DNA of 64,000 nucleotides from Octopus sinensis (lineage: Eukaryota). Shown here one piece after another: positions 25,042-38,968 of this stretch. Both the position numbers and the translations under genes were made by a program. Under the pieces are notes generated by a model. That model was given only the letters and a program-made list of their open reading frames with translations. It searched no databases and was not told where the DNA came from. Numbering within the stretch: the stretch's first letter is position 1; each line of letters starts with the position of its first letter. The stretch lies in NCBI RefSeq assembly GCF_006345805.1, contig NC_043012.1:54932001-54996000 (forward strand), read 5' to 3'.

Positions 25042-25876
25042 TGGTCATGTGGCGAGAATGGATGAGGATAGATGTGTGAAAAAGTGCCACACCCTAGCAG
25101 TTGAGGGAACCTTGGAAGAGGTTGACCCAAGAAGACCTGGGATGAAGTGGTGAAGCATGACCTTCGAACATTAGGCCTCACCAAGGAAATGACTAGCGAC
25201 CAAGACTTTTGGAAATATGCTGTGCTCGAGAAGACCCGGCAAGCCAAATGAGACCATAACCTATGGCCTATGCCAGGAGCATAACCAGCCCGCTTATGCA
25301 TACCTTTTCCTTCTTTGGTCACTAAACTTTGCTTGCGAAGACCTGTTGAGGCAAGTGAAATCAAAATCAATTCGATGACTGGCATCTGTGCCAGCGGGGT
25401 GCAAAGAGCACCATACAAGTGATCGATCGTTGACAGAGCAGCTATTTGAGTAAGATCATTACCAGCATTGCCTTACTGGCACTTATGACTGTGGTAGTAG
25501 GGTTCCAAGAGTACCCTCCGAGCATGATCGTTGCCAGAGCAGCCAACTGGCTTCCGTATCTGTGGCACATAAAAGGGCACCATTCGAGCGTGATCGTTAC
25601 CAACGTCGCTTCACTGGCACCTGTGCTGTGGCACATGTAAAAAGATTCGAGCGAGGTCATTGCCAGTACCACCAGACTGGACCCCATGCCAGTGGCACGT
25701 AAAAAGCACCCACTATACTCTCGGAGTGGTTGGCGTTAGGAAGAGCATCCAGCTGTTGAAACTCTACCAGGTCAAGATTGGAGCCTGGTGCAGCCATCTG
25801 GTTTGCCAGCCCTCAGTCAAAATCGTCCAACCCATGCTAGCATGGAAAGCGGACGTTAAACAATGATGATGATGAT
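25042..25876 (+). mobile_element. RTE copy 3, extreme C-terminus plus 3' UTR and (GAT)n tail
   Basis: GHVARMDEDRCVKKCHTLAVEG...TWDEVVKHDLRTLGLT; conserved tail. Confidence 0.93.
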
Positions 25877-25885
25877 ATATAGATG

Positions 25886-25935
<50 letters not shown>

Positions 25936-26424
25936 TAAATTTTATATGTATGTACATGATTTTTTACCCCTTATAAAATCTCATCTGACTTTCTAACATG
26001 AGGTATTAATCCTCAGTTAATAGACATAACCACACATACAATTAGCACAAAAATAAGCGAAATAATAAAAGCAAGGGAAACAAACTCATCCCTGCCAGAA
26101 TCTAGCCATTCTCAAATCTAAAAAAATGTAAAAATGAAAAAAAAAATAGTAAAGATAAACTAAAAAATCAAAGAATTTAAACCAGTAAATTTACAAAAGA
26201 AGTTAAAACTGATATGTATACTATATAAGTTGGGCTAATCTTATGATGACATTCTAAGCATATATATATACAGGTGGATTGGGATAATACAACTAATGAG
26301 AAAGAAGGAAAAGAAGAGGGGCAAAAGAAAATCAATTAAATGTTAATGTTAAAGACAATATATACATATGTATAATATGTATATATTAATGAACACCATG
26401 CATCCATTTCCAAGAAGGTATCTA

Positions 26425-26537
26425 TATAGATATATTATATATATATATATATATAATAATATATATACAATACTTAAATATATGGTGTTCAATTAATAAT
26501 GATATAAATATATATATTATATATATTATATATATAT

Positions 26538-26568
<31 letters not shown>

Positions 26569-26583
26569 GTATATATATGTGTA

Positions 26584-26616
<33 letters not shown>

Positions 26617-26628
26617 TGTATATACATG

Positions 26629-26686
<58 letters not shown>

Positions 26687-26730
26687 AAATATATATATAT
26701 AATATATATATATATATGTATATGTATATG
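26425..26730. repeat. (TA)n-rich microsatellite block
   Basis: Direct inspection. Confidence 0.95.
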
Positions 26731-27361
26731 CACCACAGTAAATACTTTTGACTCAGACTTCAAGAAGAATCACCTCATGCCCTGGATCTTGGCTGGTGGT
26801 TGTAATGATCTATTAAAAAAAAATTGTTCGGTTTTGGTATTTCTGTTTTAAATCATATAATTTCCTTTCTATTGTGAGTGCTTTTATTTTTTTATTAGCA
26901 TTTTTGGATTTTTATACATTTTTTATGTCATTTTGATTTTTAGAATATTATTTCAAAAATGTAAAAATGTAAGAATTTTCATTTTAGAAGGAAAACGTTA
27001 TTTGCAAAAAAAAAAGAAGAAAAGTATAATCACAAAAAATAGCATGATCGTTATATTCAAAAATTAAATGAGAATAATATTTTTTGTTTTTTAATTTTTC
27101 TTTTTCTTAAAGTATGAAAATCAGCAAAAAATGTTAGTACTTAAATTTCTTTAAAATTTTTATCTCAAACTATGTTCTCTCATTTATTCTAGTCATTTTC
27201 AGAGAATTTTTTCATATATGTGTGTGTGTGTGTGTGCGTGTGTGTGTATGTATACATATATATATATATGTATATTATATATATATATATATCTATATCT
27301 ATATGTATATATGTATGCATATATATTTACATATACATATACATTATATATATATATTTTC

Positions 27362-27403
<42 letters not shown>

Positions 27404-28190
27404 CATACATAGAGAGGTATATATACATACACACACACTTCATATATATATATATATATATATAATATATCAATCACTTGAATTAAATATTACAGTGTAA
27501 ACAAGAAGGCAAAAATGAAAACTCAATATTGAAAGTAGAGTATTAACATTTTTTTTTGTTTAAAAAAATTTTTTTTTATTTAAATTGAAACTTCAAACTT
27601 CACAGCTCTGAGTTTCTTGTCTCTGATTCACAAGCAAACTTTAAGGAATGATACTGGATAATTGATACCAAGATAACAAGACCAGAATCCAAAGAGAATC
27701 ATTTGGTCAGATGTATGTAAAGATAGAGCGCAAAATTTAATACTTTCATTACTCACATTTCGTTATTAAGTAAAAAAAAAAAGAAACCACGATATTTTAA
27801 GTTACGAAATCTGAAGTTTCAGTTTTAAATTATACACACAAACATACATAATATATATATATATATATAATATATATATAAAATTTTCTGACCATTTTTG
27901 TTTTAATTTTTCTAAGAAAGAAGAGAAAAGAAAAGAAAACAGAACAAACATCATATAGTTGTAAAAATTAAACATGTTTATATTGTTGTTCAATTTATTT
28001 ATTGTTGTTGTTTGCTTGCCAAGTTTGTTAAATACACACAAAATAATATTAATAAAAAAAAAATAAATGATTAAATAGAATAGTGGAATAGAAATATTGG
28101 TCTTTTTTTAATTGGATATGTAAAGTCAATAATACGAAAACAACTTCGATATCTTGTAAATATTGCTATAGTATGGCCACTTTGATACAC

Positions 28191-28228
<38 letters not shown>

Positions 28229-28339
28229 ATGTGTGTGCGTGGGTGTATAAATATATAATGCTGTTGTTGTTTTGTTTTTTTGTTTTGTTTTTAATTCACC
28301 AGACAAATTGTTGCATGCTTAGTGCACACTGCTTTACTT

Positions 28340-28410
28340 AATTCATTATATACTTACCACCACTACCACCACCACCACCACCACCACTACTACTACTACT
28401 GCTGCTGCTG

Positions 28411-28473
<63 letters not shown>

Positions 28474-28895
28474 GCTGCTGCTGCTACTACTACTACTACT
28501 ACTACTACTACACTTTACTGTATTATTTTTTTATATGCATTTACACACAGACAGACAGAAAACATGTACACAGATACACAAATACGTATATATATATTAT
28601 CATATATAAATTTTATACAAGATGATGATGATGATAATGATGTTTGAATATCTATACATACATACACATCTATATATATGTGTGTGTGTGTATGTGTATG
28701 TATATATATGTTTATATATGTATAAACATATATACATACATACATATAAATATATATATACATATAAATATATATACACACAGGCATATGTCTATATATG
28801 TATATATATAATATATATATATATATGTATATATATCTATGCATATATTTAAATATATATATATATAAATGCATATATTTAAATATATATATAAC

Positions 28896-28947
<52 letters not shown>

Positions 28948-29010
28948 TATATTATTATATATATATATCTATATATATATACATATATATACACACATAT
29001 ATATATATAT
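28340..29010. repeat. Compound (CAC)/(TAC)/(TGC) and (TA) microsatellites
   Basis: Direct inspection. Confidence 0.9.
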
Positions 29011-29104
29011 ATAAATGGGAGTTAAAAAAGCACTTCTTCAAGACATGTCACATTAAAAACCTGACTGTAGCATATTTTCATTTCCATATTTTTCAAGCTT
29101 AGAA

Positions 29105-29185
29105 AACTTACTTTCCCTAAATCATTGAAAAACTTTATCCAAAATGCTTGTTTACAAATGTTTAAATTGTATTTGTATGTATGTA

Positions 29186-29222
<37 letters not shown>

Positions 29223-29493
29223 ATGTGTGTGCATGTGTGTGTGTGTGTATACTTATATACATGTATATATCTATATATACATATGCATATATGTATATTT
29301 ATATATGCATATATGTATGCACTTATGCATATATATATACATGTGTGTATATTTTTATATATGTATGTGTGTGTATATATATGTGTATGTGTGTGCGTGT
29401 GTGTGTGCGTATATATATGTATGTGTGTGTGTATATACGTGTATATATATATATATGTATAGACACGCACACACACACACATATATACGTATA

Positions 29494-29531
<38 letters not shown>

Positions 29532-29590
29532 GTATAGTATATTATATATATATATATATATATACGTATATACGTATATGTATATATATA

Positions 29591-29631
<41 letters not shown>

Positions 29632-29985
29632 CGTATATATGTGTGTGTGTGTGTCTATACTATATATATATACACGTATATACACATACATATATATACG
29701 CACACACACACGCACACACATACACATATATATACACACACATACATATATAAAAATATACACACATGTATATATATAGCATAAGTGCATACATATATGC
29801 ATATAAAATATACATATATGCATATGTATATATAGATATATACATGTATATAAGTATACACACACACACACATGCACACACATGCACACACACACACACA
29901 CACACATACATACATACAAATACAATTTAAACATTTGTAAACAAGCATTTTGGATAAAGTTTTTCAATGATTTAGGGAAAGTAAG

Positions 29986-29987
<2 letters not shown>
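29105..29987. repeat. ~880-bp quasi-palindrome centred on a (TA)n tract near 29545
   Basis: AACTTACTTTCCCTAAATCATTGAAAAACTTTATCCAAAATGCTTG at 29105 and its exact reverse complement ending at 29987. The ORF track shows the same N-terminal peptide on both strands. Confidence 0.92.
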
Positions 29988-30023
<36 letters not shown>

Positions 30024-30284
30024 CATGTATGTATATTGAAGAGAGTAAAGTATTAGACAGCTGGCTGAAAATTTTTTTCTCATTATATTTTAGTAAATTT
30101 TATGCCCCCCCCCTCCCATGTTCTATGTTCTTTTTACAAATGACTTGATAATTTATGTTGTATCTGTACAAAAAAAGAAAGAAAATATAATAATAAAAAA
30201 TAATAAATAAATAAATAAAATAACAATAATGGAACAAAAATAAATATTATGATATTGCTGAAATATTTTGACCTATTATTATTA

Positions 30285-30339
<55 letters not shown>

Positions 30340-30365
30340 GTTATTATTATTATATTATTATTACT

Positions 30366-30790
30366 GAGTGCAAGAGCAGTGCACGCCATCAAAGTGACAC
30401 TGGGGTAAAATATACAAAGTCCAGTATACCCATCATCACTACCTGTCTGATAAGGGTACACTAGACACATGCATCACAACCATATGTACGTGACGTGGTG
30501 ATCTCATATAAAGATAAACAGCACATGACCTTGCAGGTGAGGCCCAGTTACAATTTTCTTCTGGTCAAGTAACCCATCCCGCTCAAAAGGTCCCTGAATA
30601 AGGGTTGTTTAAGGTTGTTGAACGAAACACCCATGTTTCCAGAGGTGAATTATTCAAACCCTAAAGAATCCCTCTCGACACATGGCTATGATGCTCCCCC
30701 ATTACTTCTGCTCATGATCAGAGATGCACATATCGTCAGCCACTAAGGGACATGGTCAACTGGTTAAAGTCAAACAACTTACAAGCAAAT
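30366..30790 (-). mobile_element. Second copy of the (ATT)n-associated 420-bp repeat
   Basis: Colinear with 22271-22688; (ATT)n on its left. Confidence 0.75.
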
Positions 30791-32570
30791 TAGGCCAACT
30801 AATTAGGGTGAGAGTTAGTCTAGATGAAATCCAATTTGGTTTGTGCCAGGGAGAAGCACCACTGATGCTATATTTCTTGTAAGACAGCTGTAGGAGAAAT
30901 ATATAGCCAAAGATAAACCTTTATACTTGGCTTTTGTTGACTTGGAGAAAGCTTTTGACAGGATCTCCCAATCCCATATCTGGTGGTCAATGTGGAAAGT
31001 AGGAATAAATGAGTGATTGGTGAGAGCTGTACAAGACATGTGCAGGGATGCTACCAGTAAAGTGGGGGTTGGTAATGAGTATAGTGAAGTAGGGGTTCAC
31101 CAAGGATCAGTTCTCAGCCCCCTCTTGTTCATCATAATCCTCCAGATAATAACAGAGGAATTTAAGACAGGCTGCCCCTGGGAGCTCCTCTATGCTGATG
31201 ACCTTGTTCTTATAGCTGAATCACTACAAAAACTAAAGAAGAAGTTTCAGATATGGAAGTAAGGTCTAGAATTGAAGGGCCTTAGAGGTAACCTAGCAAA
31301 AACCAAAGTCTTAGTAAGTAGGAAGGCAGACAAACAACAAATCCCTTCAGATAGACGGCCCTGCTTGATCTGTAAAAAAGGCATAGGTAGAAACTCCATA
31401 AGGTGTACCCAGTGTAAGCTATGGACACATAAAAGGTGCATCAGTATCAAAAGAAGGTTAACCGGGAAAATAGTTTTTGTGTGTGGAAGATGCATAGGTA
31501 CAATAAATACCGAAAATGTGCAGGAAATAGAGTCCATCAACTGCTAGGTGTGTAAGCTAGAGATAGTAGACAGCTTCCATTTTCTAGGTGACCAAGTTAG
31601 TAGCAGAGGTGGATGCTCTGAGTGTGTAACTATGAGAAAAAGATTAGGCTGGGCAAAGTTCAGTGAGCTCCTACCTCTGTTGGCAACAAAAGGCTGCTCC
31701 CTCAGAGTAAAAGGCAGATTTTTTGATGCCTGTATATGAACAGTTATGCTACATGTCAGTGAAACATGGGCTGTGACAGCTGAGGATATGTGTAGGCTTG
31801 AAAGAAATGAAGCCAGTATGCTTCGTGGGATGTGCAATGTTGGTGCGCATGTTTGACAGAATGTAAGCATCTTGAGAGAAAAGTTGAGCATAAGAAGCAT
31901 CAGATGTGGTGTGCAAGAGAGACGACTGTGCTGGTATGGTCATGTGATGCATATGGACGAGGACAGCTGTGTGAAAAAGTACCAATCTCTAACTGTGGAG
32001 GGAACCTGTGGTAGAGGTAGACAGGAAGACATGGGATGAGATAGTGAAGCATGATTTTCAAACTCTGGGCCTCACAGAAGTAATGACTAGTGACCAAGAC
32101 CTTTGGTGATATGCAGTGCTTGAGAAGACCTGTCAAGCCAAGTGAAATTTTAGTTGTTGCTGATGTTGGTGTCATGTAACTGGTACTCAGGCCAGTGACT
32201 TTTGTGTGCTTTGGGCCACACAGAGGCAAAGTGGCTGATGCTGGTTGTACATGAAAAGCTCCGTTTGAGTGTTGGGCCTCACAGAGGTAATGACCAAGAC
32301 CTTTGGCATTATGTTGTGCTTGAGAAGAAGACCCATCAAGCCAAGTAAAATCGCAGTCATGGCAGATACCGGTGTCACAGAAATGGTATTTGTAGTGCTG
32401 GTGGTACGTAAAAGCACTCATTACACTCTTGGAGTGGTTGGCATTAGGAACGGCATCCAGCTGTAGAACCCATGCCAAATCAAACTGGTGTCTAGTGCAG
32501 CTTTCCAATTTACCAGCCGTGATCAAACTGTCAGTCTATGGACAACAGATGCTAAATGATGATGATGATG
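30791..32570 (+). mobile_element. RTE copy 4, longest copy, with stops and frameshifts
   Basis: QFG..PGRSTTDAIFLVRQL*EKYIAKDKPLYLAFVDLEKAFDR; GVHQGSVLSPLLF; CPWELLYADDL; PHD finger; degenerate 3' UTR and (GAT)n. Confidence 0.95.
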
Positions 32571-32714
32571 TGTATGTGTATGTGTGAGTGTGTGTGTATG
32601 TATATGTGTGTGTATGTATGTGTGTGTGTGTGTATATGTGTGTATATAAATATACATACATATATATATATATATCACACATACACACATACACACACAC
32701 ACACACATATATAT

Positions 32715-32757
<43 letters not shown>

Positions 32758-32800
32758 ATACACACATACACACATACACACACACACAACACATATATAT

Positions 32801-32833
<33 letters not shown>

Positions 32834-32970
32834 TATATTATATATATATATATATATGTATATGGTTGGCGATTTTCTTGTTCTACGTCTTCACGTTGTT
32901 GTGTTTTCTCTTTATTCATGTTTGGAGTAACTATATATATATAATATATATATATATACATATATATATG
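32560..32970. repeat. Compound TG/TA/CATA microsatellite
   Basis: Direct inspection. Confidence 0.9.
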
Positions 32971-33299
32971 GTCAAGCTAGTGGTATCGTATTTAATGTAG
33001 CAGCCATTAAGAAGATAACTAGTTATAATTATGTTGTGAAAAAAAAAAGCCATTAGCCAACTGATTCCATTATTTGACTATTTTTGGCAAGTATGGAAGG
33101 TTATTCTGGACATGTTTCTGAATTATTATGATCCCATCAGTGGAATACAGACTTCACTATCCATGCCAAAGTACATGCACACTAATGTAGAGTGGCTAGT
33201 GCTGAAAAATAGAATTGGAAAGAGAATAAATAACTCAGAGATGCCATCTGCATTAAATACAATAGTGAAGTGTTATCATATGTAATGGAGTCCAGTGGC

Positions 33300-33419
33300 G
33301 GTAGCAGTTTTGGTGATGGTGATGAAGATGATGATGATGAGGATAGTGGTAATGATGATGATTAAGATAATGATGACAATGACGACAAAGATAATAATGA
33401 TGATGACAATGATGACGAC

Positions 33420-33460
<41 letters not shown>

Positions 33461-33650
33461 CGATGACGATGATGATGATGCCACCGCTGCCAGCAGTGAT
33501 GATGGCGGTGGTGATGATAATGATGTTTGATGATGATGATGATTATGACAATAGTGGTGATGAGGATGATGATGATGACAATGATGTTTGATGATGTTTG
33601 ATGATGACGACAATGACGACGATGACGACGACGACAATGATGATGATGAC
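33300..33650. repeat. (GAT)/(GAC) trinucleotide block
   Basis: Direct inspection. Confidence 0.9.
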
Positions 33651-34314
33651 AGTGAATTTATTAAAAATTCAAATACCGAAATTATAAAAAAAAAACAATA
33701 AAAAAATTGATAAATCAACATCAAAATAATAAAACACAGCCTGTAATCGAAGAGCAGTGAGAGTACAAAATCCTTAAACATTTCCTTTACTAAGATTCAC
33801 AATATGACTGACTCCTATCAATGCTTAGAGTGGCACTGGAGTTTCATCAACGACTCCAGTCAATTAATCAATCAATTAATTAATCAATCAATCAATCAAT
33901 CAATCGACCGATATTTTATTTACCTCACACAAGCGCGATAAATATTGACATTTGCTTGAATTTTATCAATCAGAGAATGGCTTTCCAATACATAATTAAC
34001 CTCATTAGTTTCTTGTGTGAGATTAATTATTATTAGCTTGTTTTGACGACTTGTTTATGTAAGTGAAGCAATATTTCAATTAAACACTTATGTTGAGCAG
34101 AATGCTGTGGAATCAAGCAGAGGAGATGGAAGGGAGAAGGATGGAGGTGTGTTGTGTGTGTGTGTGTGTGTGTGTGAGAGTATTAAGTGGTTGCTTGATT
34201 TGCTAGAAATGGCAACCAAAATAATTTCACTTAAATTACACTCCTCCCACTGGCCCTCGTTCTGTCTTATAAATGGAGGAAAGGACCATAGGGTAATGTT
34301 GTAATTATAGGTAC

Positions 34315-34800
34315 TCTCATCATCATCACCATGACGACGACGACGACCACCACCACCATGACCATCGCCATCACCACCACCACCAGCCACCACCACCAAC
34401 CACTGTCATCGTCACTACCACCACCAGCATCACCACCACCACACCACCACCACAACGACGACGACCACCACCACCACGATAACCATCACCATTACCACCA
34501 TCATCATCACCACCACCATCATCACCACCACGATGACCATCACCATCACCACCACCATCATCACCACCACCACCACCACCACCACCACCACCATCATCAT
34601 GATCATCAGTATCCTCAGGAACATTGCTATCACCACCACTGCTGCCACTGCCAGCGGCCACTGCTGCCACCAACACCACCACCATCATGATCATCAGTAT
34701 CATCATCATCATCTACTTTTCCATGCTAGCATGAGTTGGAAAGGTTTTACTGAGCAAGTACTTTGCAGCCAGAAGCCCTTCTTCTTGCCAAAACTTTTAT
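34315..34800 (-). repeat. (CAT)/(CAC) block abutting an old minus-strand RTE tail at ~34711-34800
   Basis: CATCATCTACTTTTCCATGCTAGCATGAGTTGG is the reverse complement of the RTE terminus. Confidence 0.8.
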
Positions 34801-35010
34801 CCACTTCTTATGACATGTGGAGGACACAGGACACACAGTGTACCAATTCTAAGACCAGATACATACAAGATAATCATAGACACCTTTAATCTGAGAAAGG
34901 AGGGAAAAAATAAAGAACACTAGACAAGAATGCGTTTGATCATAAGCTAAGCTTAACTGAAAGTGACCGGGGGGGGGGGGGCAAGCTGCAATGACATTAA
35001 CAACAAAGAT

Positions 35011-35093
35011 AGTGGTTAAGAGCACGGGCTACTAACCCCAAGATTCCGAGTTCGATTCCAAGTAGTGACCTGAACAATAACAACAACAACAAC

Positions 35094-35142
<49 letters not shown>

Positions 35143-35318
35143 TCAAAACATACCTTAGGAATGAGAACCCAGGGGTTCGAAATTTCCCCCAAGACACCTG
35201 AAGAAGGCTGGAGGGTATATCAGCCGAAACGTTGATGAAGACAAATATCCGTCGAATGTAGATAATGTAAATAATGTAAATAATGTACGTAATTCCTCAT
35301 CTCTTAAATATAGAACTG
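35011..35318 (+). mobile_element. Composite SINE-like element: tRNA(Arg)-like head, (AAT)n, hammerhead motif, AT-rich tail
   Basis: AGTGGTTAAGAGC (A box), AAGATTCCGAGTTCGATTCC (B box), CTGAAGA-A-GGCTG...CAGCC-GAAACGTTG. The tail has a homologue at 39364-39446 on the minus strand. Confidence 0.75.
35193..35237 (+). ncRNA. Minimal type I hammerhead motif with palindromic helix III; stem I damaged in this copy
   Basis: CUGAAGA 35198-35204, extra A, 5-bp stem II GGCUG/CAGCC, GAAA-C-GU-U. Stem I has only about 3 bp with a bulge. Confidence 0.65.
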
Positions 35319-35534
35319 AACAACAATGGTGTTGTGGAATGTTCTAATAAAAGGTTTTCTTTATGTTGCTTTTGATAAACTTCAAAATAAGTTTTAAATT
35401 GCTTATCAATAATTATTTCTAGAATAGATGCAAGGCTGCAAATTTTGGAGCAAGATATTGTCAATTAATTGGATGCAGAACTTGATTGGTACTTGTCTTT
35501 ATTAAACTCATTAGAACAGAAGAGGGAAACATCC

Positions 35535-35905
35535 TCGTCATGGTCATCATCGTCATCGTTGTTGTCATCGTTGTCATTGTTGTTGTTGTCATCACCATCA
35601 TCGTCATTATCATCATCATAGTCATCATTATCATTATCATTTTCATCATCATCATCGTTGTTGTTGCCATCATCACCATTGTCATCATCATCGTCATAAT
35701 CATCATCTTCAAGCATCATCATCACCATCACCTTCATCACCATCACCACCACCATCATCATCACCATCACCTTCATCACCATCACCACCACCATCATCAT
35801 CACCATCACCTTCATCACCATCATCATCATCATCATCATCATCGTCATCATCATCATCTTCAAACATCAACATCATCATTATTTTCCTCCTCCTCATCAT
35901 CATCA

Positions 35906-35945
<40 letters not shown>

Positions 35946-35991
35946 TCTATCCATCCATCTATCCATTCATCCATCTATATCTATCTATCTA

Positions 35992-36028
<37 letters not shown>

Positions 36029-36270
36029 TTATTTATCTATCTATATATATATATATATATATATATACATACACACACAATTACACACACACACGTATAT
36101 ATATATGTGTGGTTTTATTGGTTTTGTACATACATACATACATACATACATATACATGCACAGACAGACATACAGACAGACATACACACGCACACACATG
36201 CACACACACACATGTATGTATGTATGTATGTATGTATGTATGTATGTATGTATATATGTATGTATGTATG
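35535..36270. repeat. Compound (CAT)/(CAC), (CTGT)/(CTAT), (TA), (CATA) microsatellites
   Basis: Direct inspection. Confidence 0.9.
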
Positions 36271-36819
36271 TATAGGCAAATCAAAAAGTTAGACAAAAAC
36301 AACAAAAAACATACGCAGTATTAGGTTGACACTCAGTTTAAAATGAAATACACACACACACACATAGAGAGAGGTGTGGGAGAAGAAAGAGAGAAGTAGA
36401 TAGATACATAACTATATAAATACATAAATATATAAATATATGAATAACCCATGCTAGCATGGAAAACGGATGCTAAACGATGATGATGATGATGATAGAT
36501 AAATAATAGATACATAGAAGTAGATAGATACATAACCAGAGAAACAGAGCAATGCAAGAAGCAGATATGTATGATGTAGCTCTCGTTAGAGCTTTATGAT
36601 TAATTAATTCAATATCAGAACATATTTTGAACAAGTATTCTCTGCATGCTGTAAACAGAATTCATTTTAAAGAATCACAGGAAATACATTCTTACTCGAA
36701 ATTAATTAAATCATACTCTCAATATAGTTAGTGGTTTTAAAATAATTTATGATTATAACCTCTGGAGAATACATGTTGGAAATATGTTCTCTTATAGAAT
36801 TAATGATATCTTATGTTGC

Positions 36820-37248
36820 ACATTCTATCATATATTATGTGCATGTGTGTGTGTGTGTGTGTGAGAGTATGCATGTGTGTGTGCGGGCATGTGTGTGTGT
36901 GAGTGCATACGTGTGTGTTTGTGTGTGTGTGTGTGTTTGACTATCATCATCATCATTTTACATCTGTTTTCCTTGCTGACATGTAATATAAATGCATTTA
37001 TATACATACATACATACATACATACATACATACATACATACATACATGCATGCATGCATGCCTGCATACATACATACATACATACATACATGCATACATA
37101 CATACATACATGCATACATACATACATGCATGCATGCATACATACATGCATGCATACATACATACATGGAATGGAATGGATACATACATACATACATACA
37201 TGCATGCATGCATGCATACATACATACATACATACATACATACATACA

Positions 37249-37279
<31 letters not shown>

Positions 37280-37290
37280 GTACGTACATG
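36820..37290. repeat. (TG) and (CATA)/(CATG) microsatellite block
   Basis: Direct inspection. Confidence 0.9.
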
Positions 37291-37294
37291 TATA

Positions 37295-38053
37295 TTGGGT
37301 CATCCCATAAATAATACAGTTTTTTTATACTTCTTTTATTTTTCAAAATTAAGATAAAGTTCTTTTTTAATCTAAAATATACTCTCCTTCATTGTCTACA
37401 ATAATCTTCCATCTGTCTGGTAGACTTGCAAGGACCCTCTTCCAAAATTTACTTGTATGTGATGGAAAATACTCCTCCAGTACTGTTCTGACCTCATCTA
37501 CAGAATTCATATTTTTCCCATCTGCATGATTTTGAAGGCTGTAGAATAAATGATAATCAGATGGGGCAATGTCCAGTGAATATGGTGGGTGGGGCATTGT
37601 TTCTCATTGAAACTGCTTCAGCCTTTGGAATGTCATCCTTGCTGTATGTGGCCAAGCATTATCCTGATGGAAGAACACCTTTTGTCTTGAAACCAAAGAT
37701 GGTCAGTTTCTTCTAGTACTGACTTAAGCTACTCAAGCTGCTTGCAGTAGATCTCCTTTGTTATCATTTGGTTTGGTTTTAAAAGTTCAAAGTGGACTAA
37801 ACCTTTCATATCCCACCGAACAACTAACAAAACCTTATGTGGATGAAGATCTTCTTTAGCGTGGGGTGGCCCCTGTCTTCAGTGCTTGCCATCTTTATAG
37901 AGAACCCATTTCTTGTCATGAGTCACTATTCAGTCCAAAGAAAGTTCATTCAGAGATGTGACAGCAAAGAAGAGCACACATTCACTCTCTGCATGTGATT
38001 AGACTCGGAGAGTTTGTGAGGAACCCATTGACCCAATCCGCTGACTTTTCCAG
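37295..38053 (-). mobile_element. mariner transposon relic (catalytic half of transposase plus right TIR, TA-flanked)
   Basis: Minus-strand GQWVPHKLSE, IVTHDKKWVLY, VFFHQDNAWPH, PHPPYSLDIAPSDYHLF (WVPHEL, D,D34D and YSPDLAP motifs). End TA|TTGGGTCATCCCATAAATAA. Confidence 0.92.
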
Positions 38054-38240
38054 CTCCGGCAGAAGGTAATGGCAAACTTCTGCTGACTCTTTTGCCACAA
38101 CTTTCTCTCACTCTTTCCTCCTGCATCTTGCAGCTCACCTGCAATGGACTGGCGTCCCATCCAGGTGGGGAACCTATACGCCAAGGAAACCGGGAAACCG
38201 GCACTTATGAGCCAGGCATGGCTCGAGAAGGAACAATTGT
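38054..38240 (-). mobile_element. SINE-C 3' part joined to the mariner relic
   Basis: Homologous to 40608-40910 and 42472-42778 (GCAATGGACTGGCGTCCCATCCAGG...GGAAACCGG). Confidence 0.8.
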
Positions 38241-38397
38241 TTGGCTCTTTCTAGACTTGTTTTGCCATTAGTATTTGTGTTTTAATCATCGAAATTATTG
38301 AATGATTTAGCAATTTGCTAATGTGTATATATAAAATTAATATAAACAGCAGTTTGTAGTGTTTCACCAAAAAGGAGAATTATAATTATCACTATAC

Positions 38398-38641
38398 ACC
38401 ACATAAAAAGCATCTGTGCTGATGTCACATGCCGGTGCCATGCTGGTACCACATAAAAAGCACCCAGCACTCTCTGTGAAGTGATTGCCATTAAGAAGGG
38501 CATCCAGCCATAGAAACCATGCTAAAAAAGACAACTGGAGCCTGGTGCAGCTCTCTGGCTTACCTGCTCCTGTCAAATTGTCTAACCCATGCCAGCATAG
38601 GAAATGGATGTTAAATGATGATGATGATGATGACAACGACA

Positions 38642-38682
<41 letters not shown>

Positions 38683-38712
38683 AATGATGATGATGATGTT
38701 GATGATGATGAC
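38398..38712 (+). mobile_element. Older-subfamily RTE tail-only copy with expanded (GAT)n
   Basis: CACATAAAAAGCACC...AAGGGCATCCAGCCATAGAAAC...CCATGCCAGCATAGGAAATGGATGTTAAAT(GAT)n. Confidence 0.85.
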
Positions 38713-38968
38713 GGTATGCCAAAATAGTTGAGTTGTTGTAGACATGCCTTATGATCTCTCTCTCTCTCTCTCTCTGATTTCAACCGAGTTGTTTTGGTGG
38801 AATTCTAATGTCTTCCAAGACAGATACGAGAGAAATGTTATTGATTCCTATATTGTGAACTTAATTAAGCTAAGCAATTACCTCCATCATTATTAATTAC
38901 CTCTAAAATCACAAACTTCTTCCTGTTTCTAGAAATCATATATTAATTATTAATATTAGTTAAAGGTA

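Noticed and set aside
35011-35075. Functional tRNA gene
   Set aside because: The acceptor stem cannot form and the 5' end is missing. This and the other tRNA-like heads are SINE heads.
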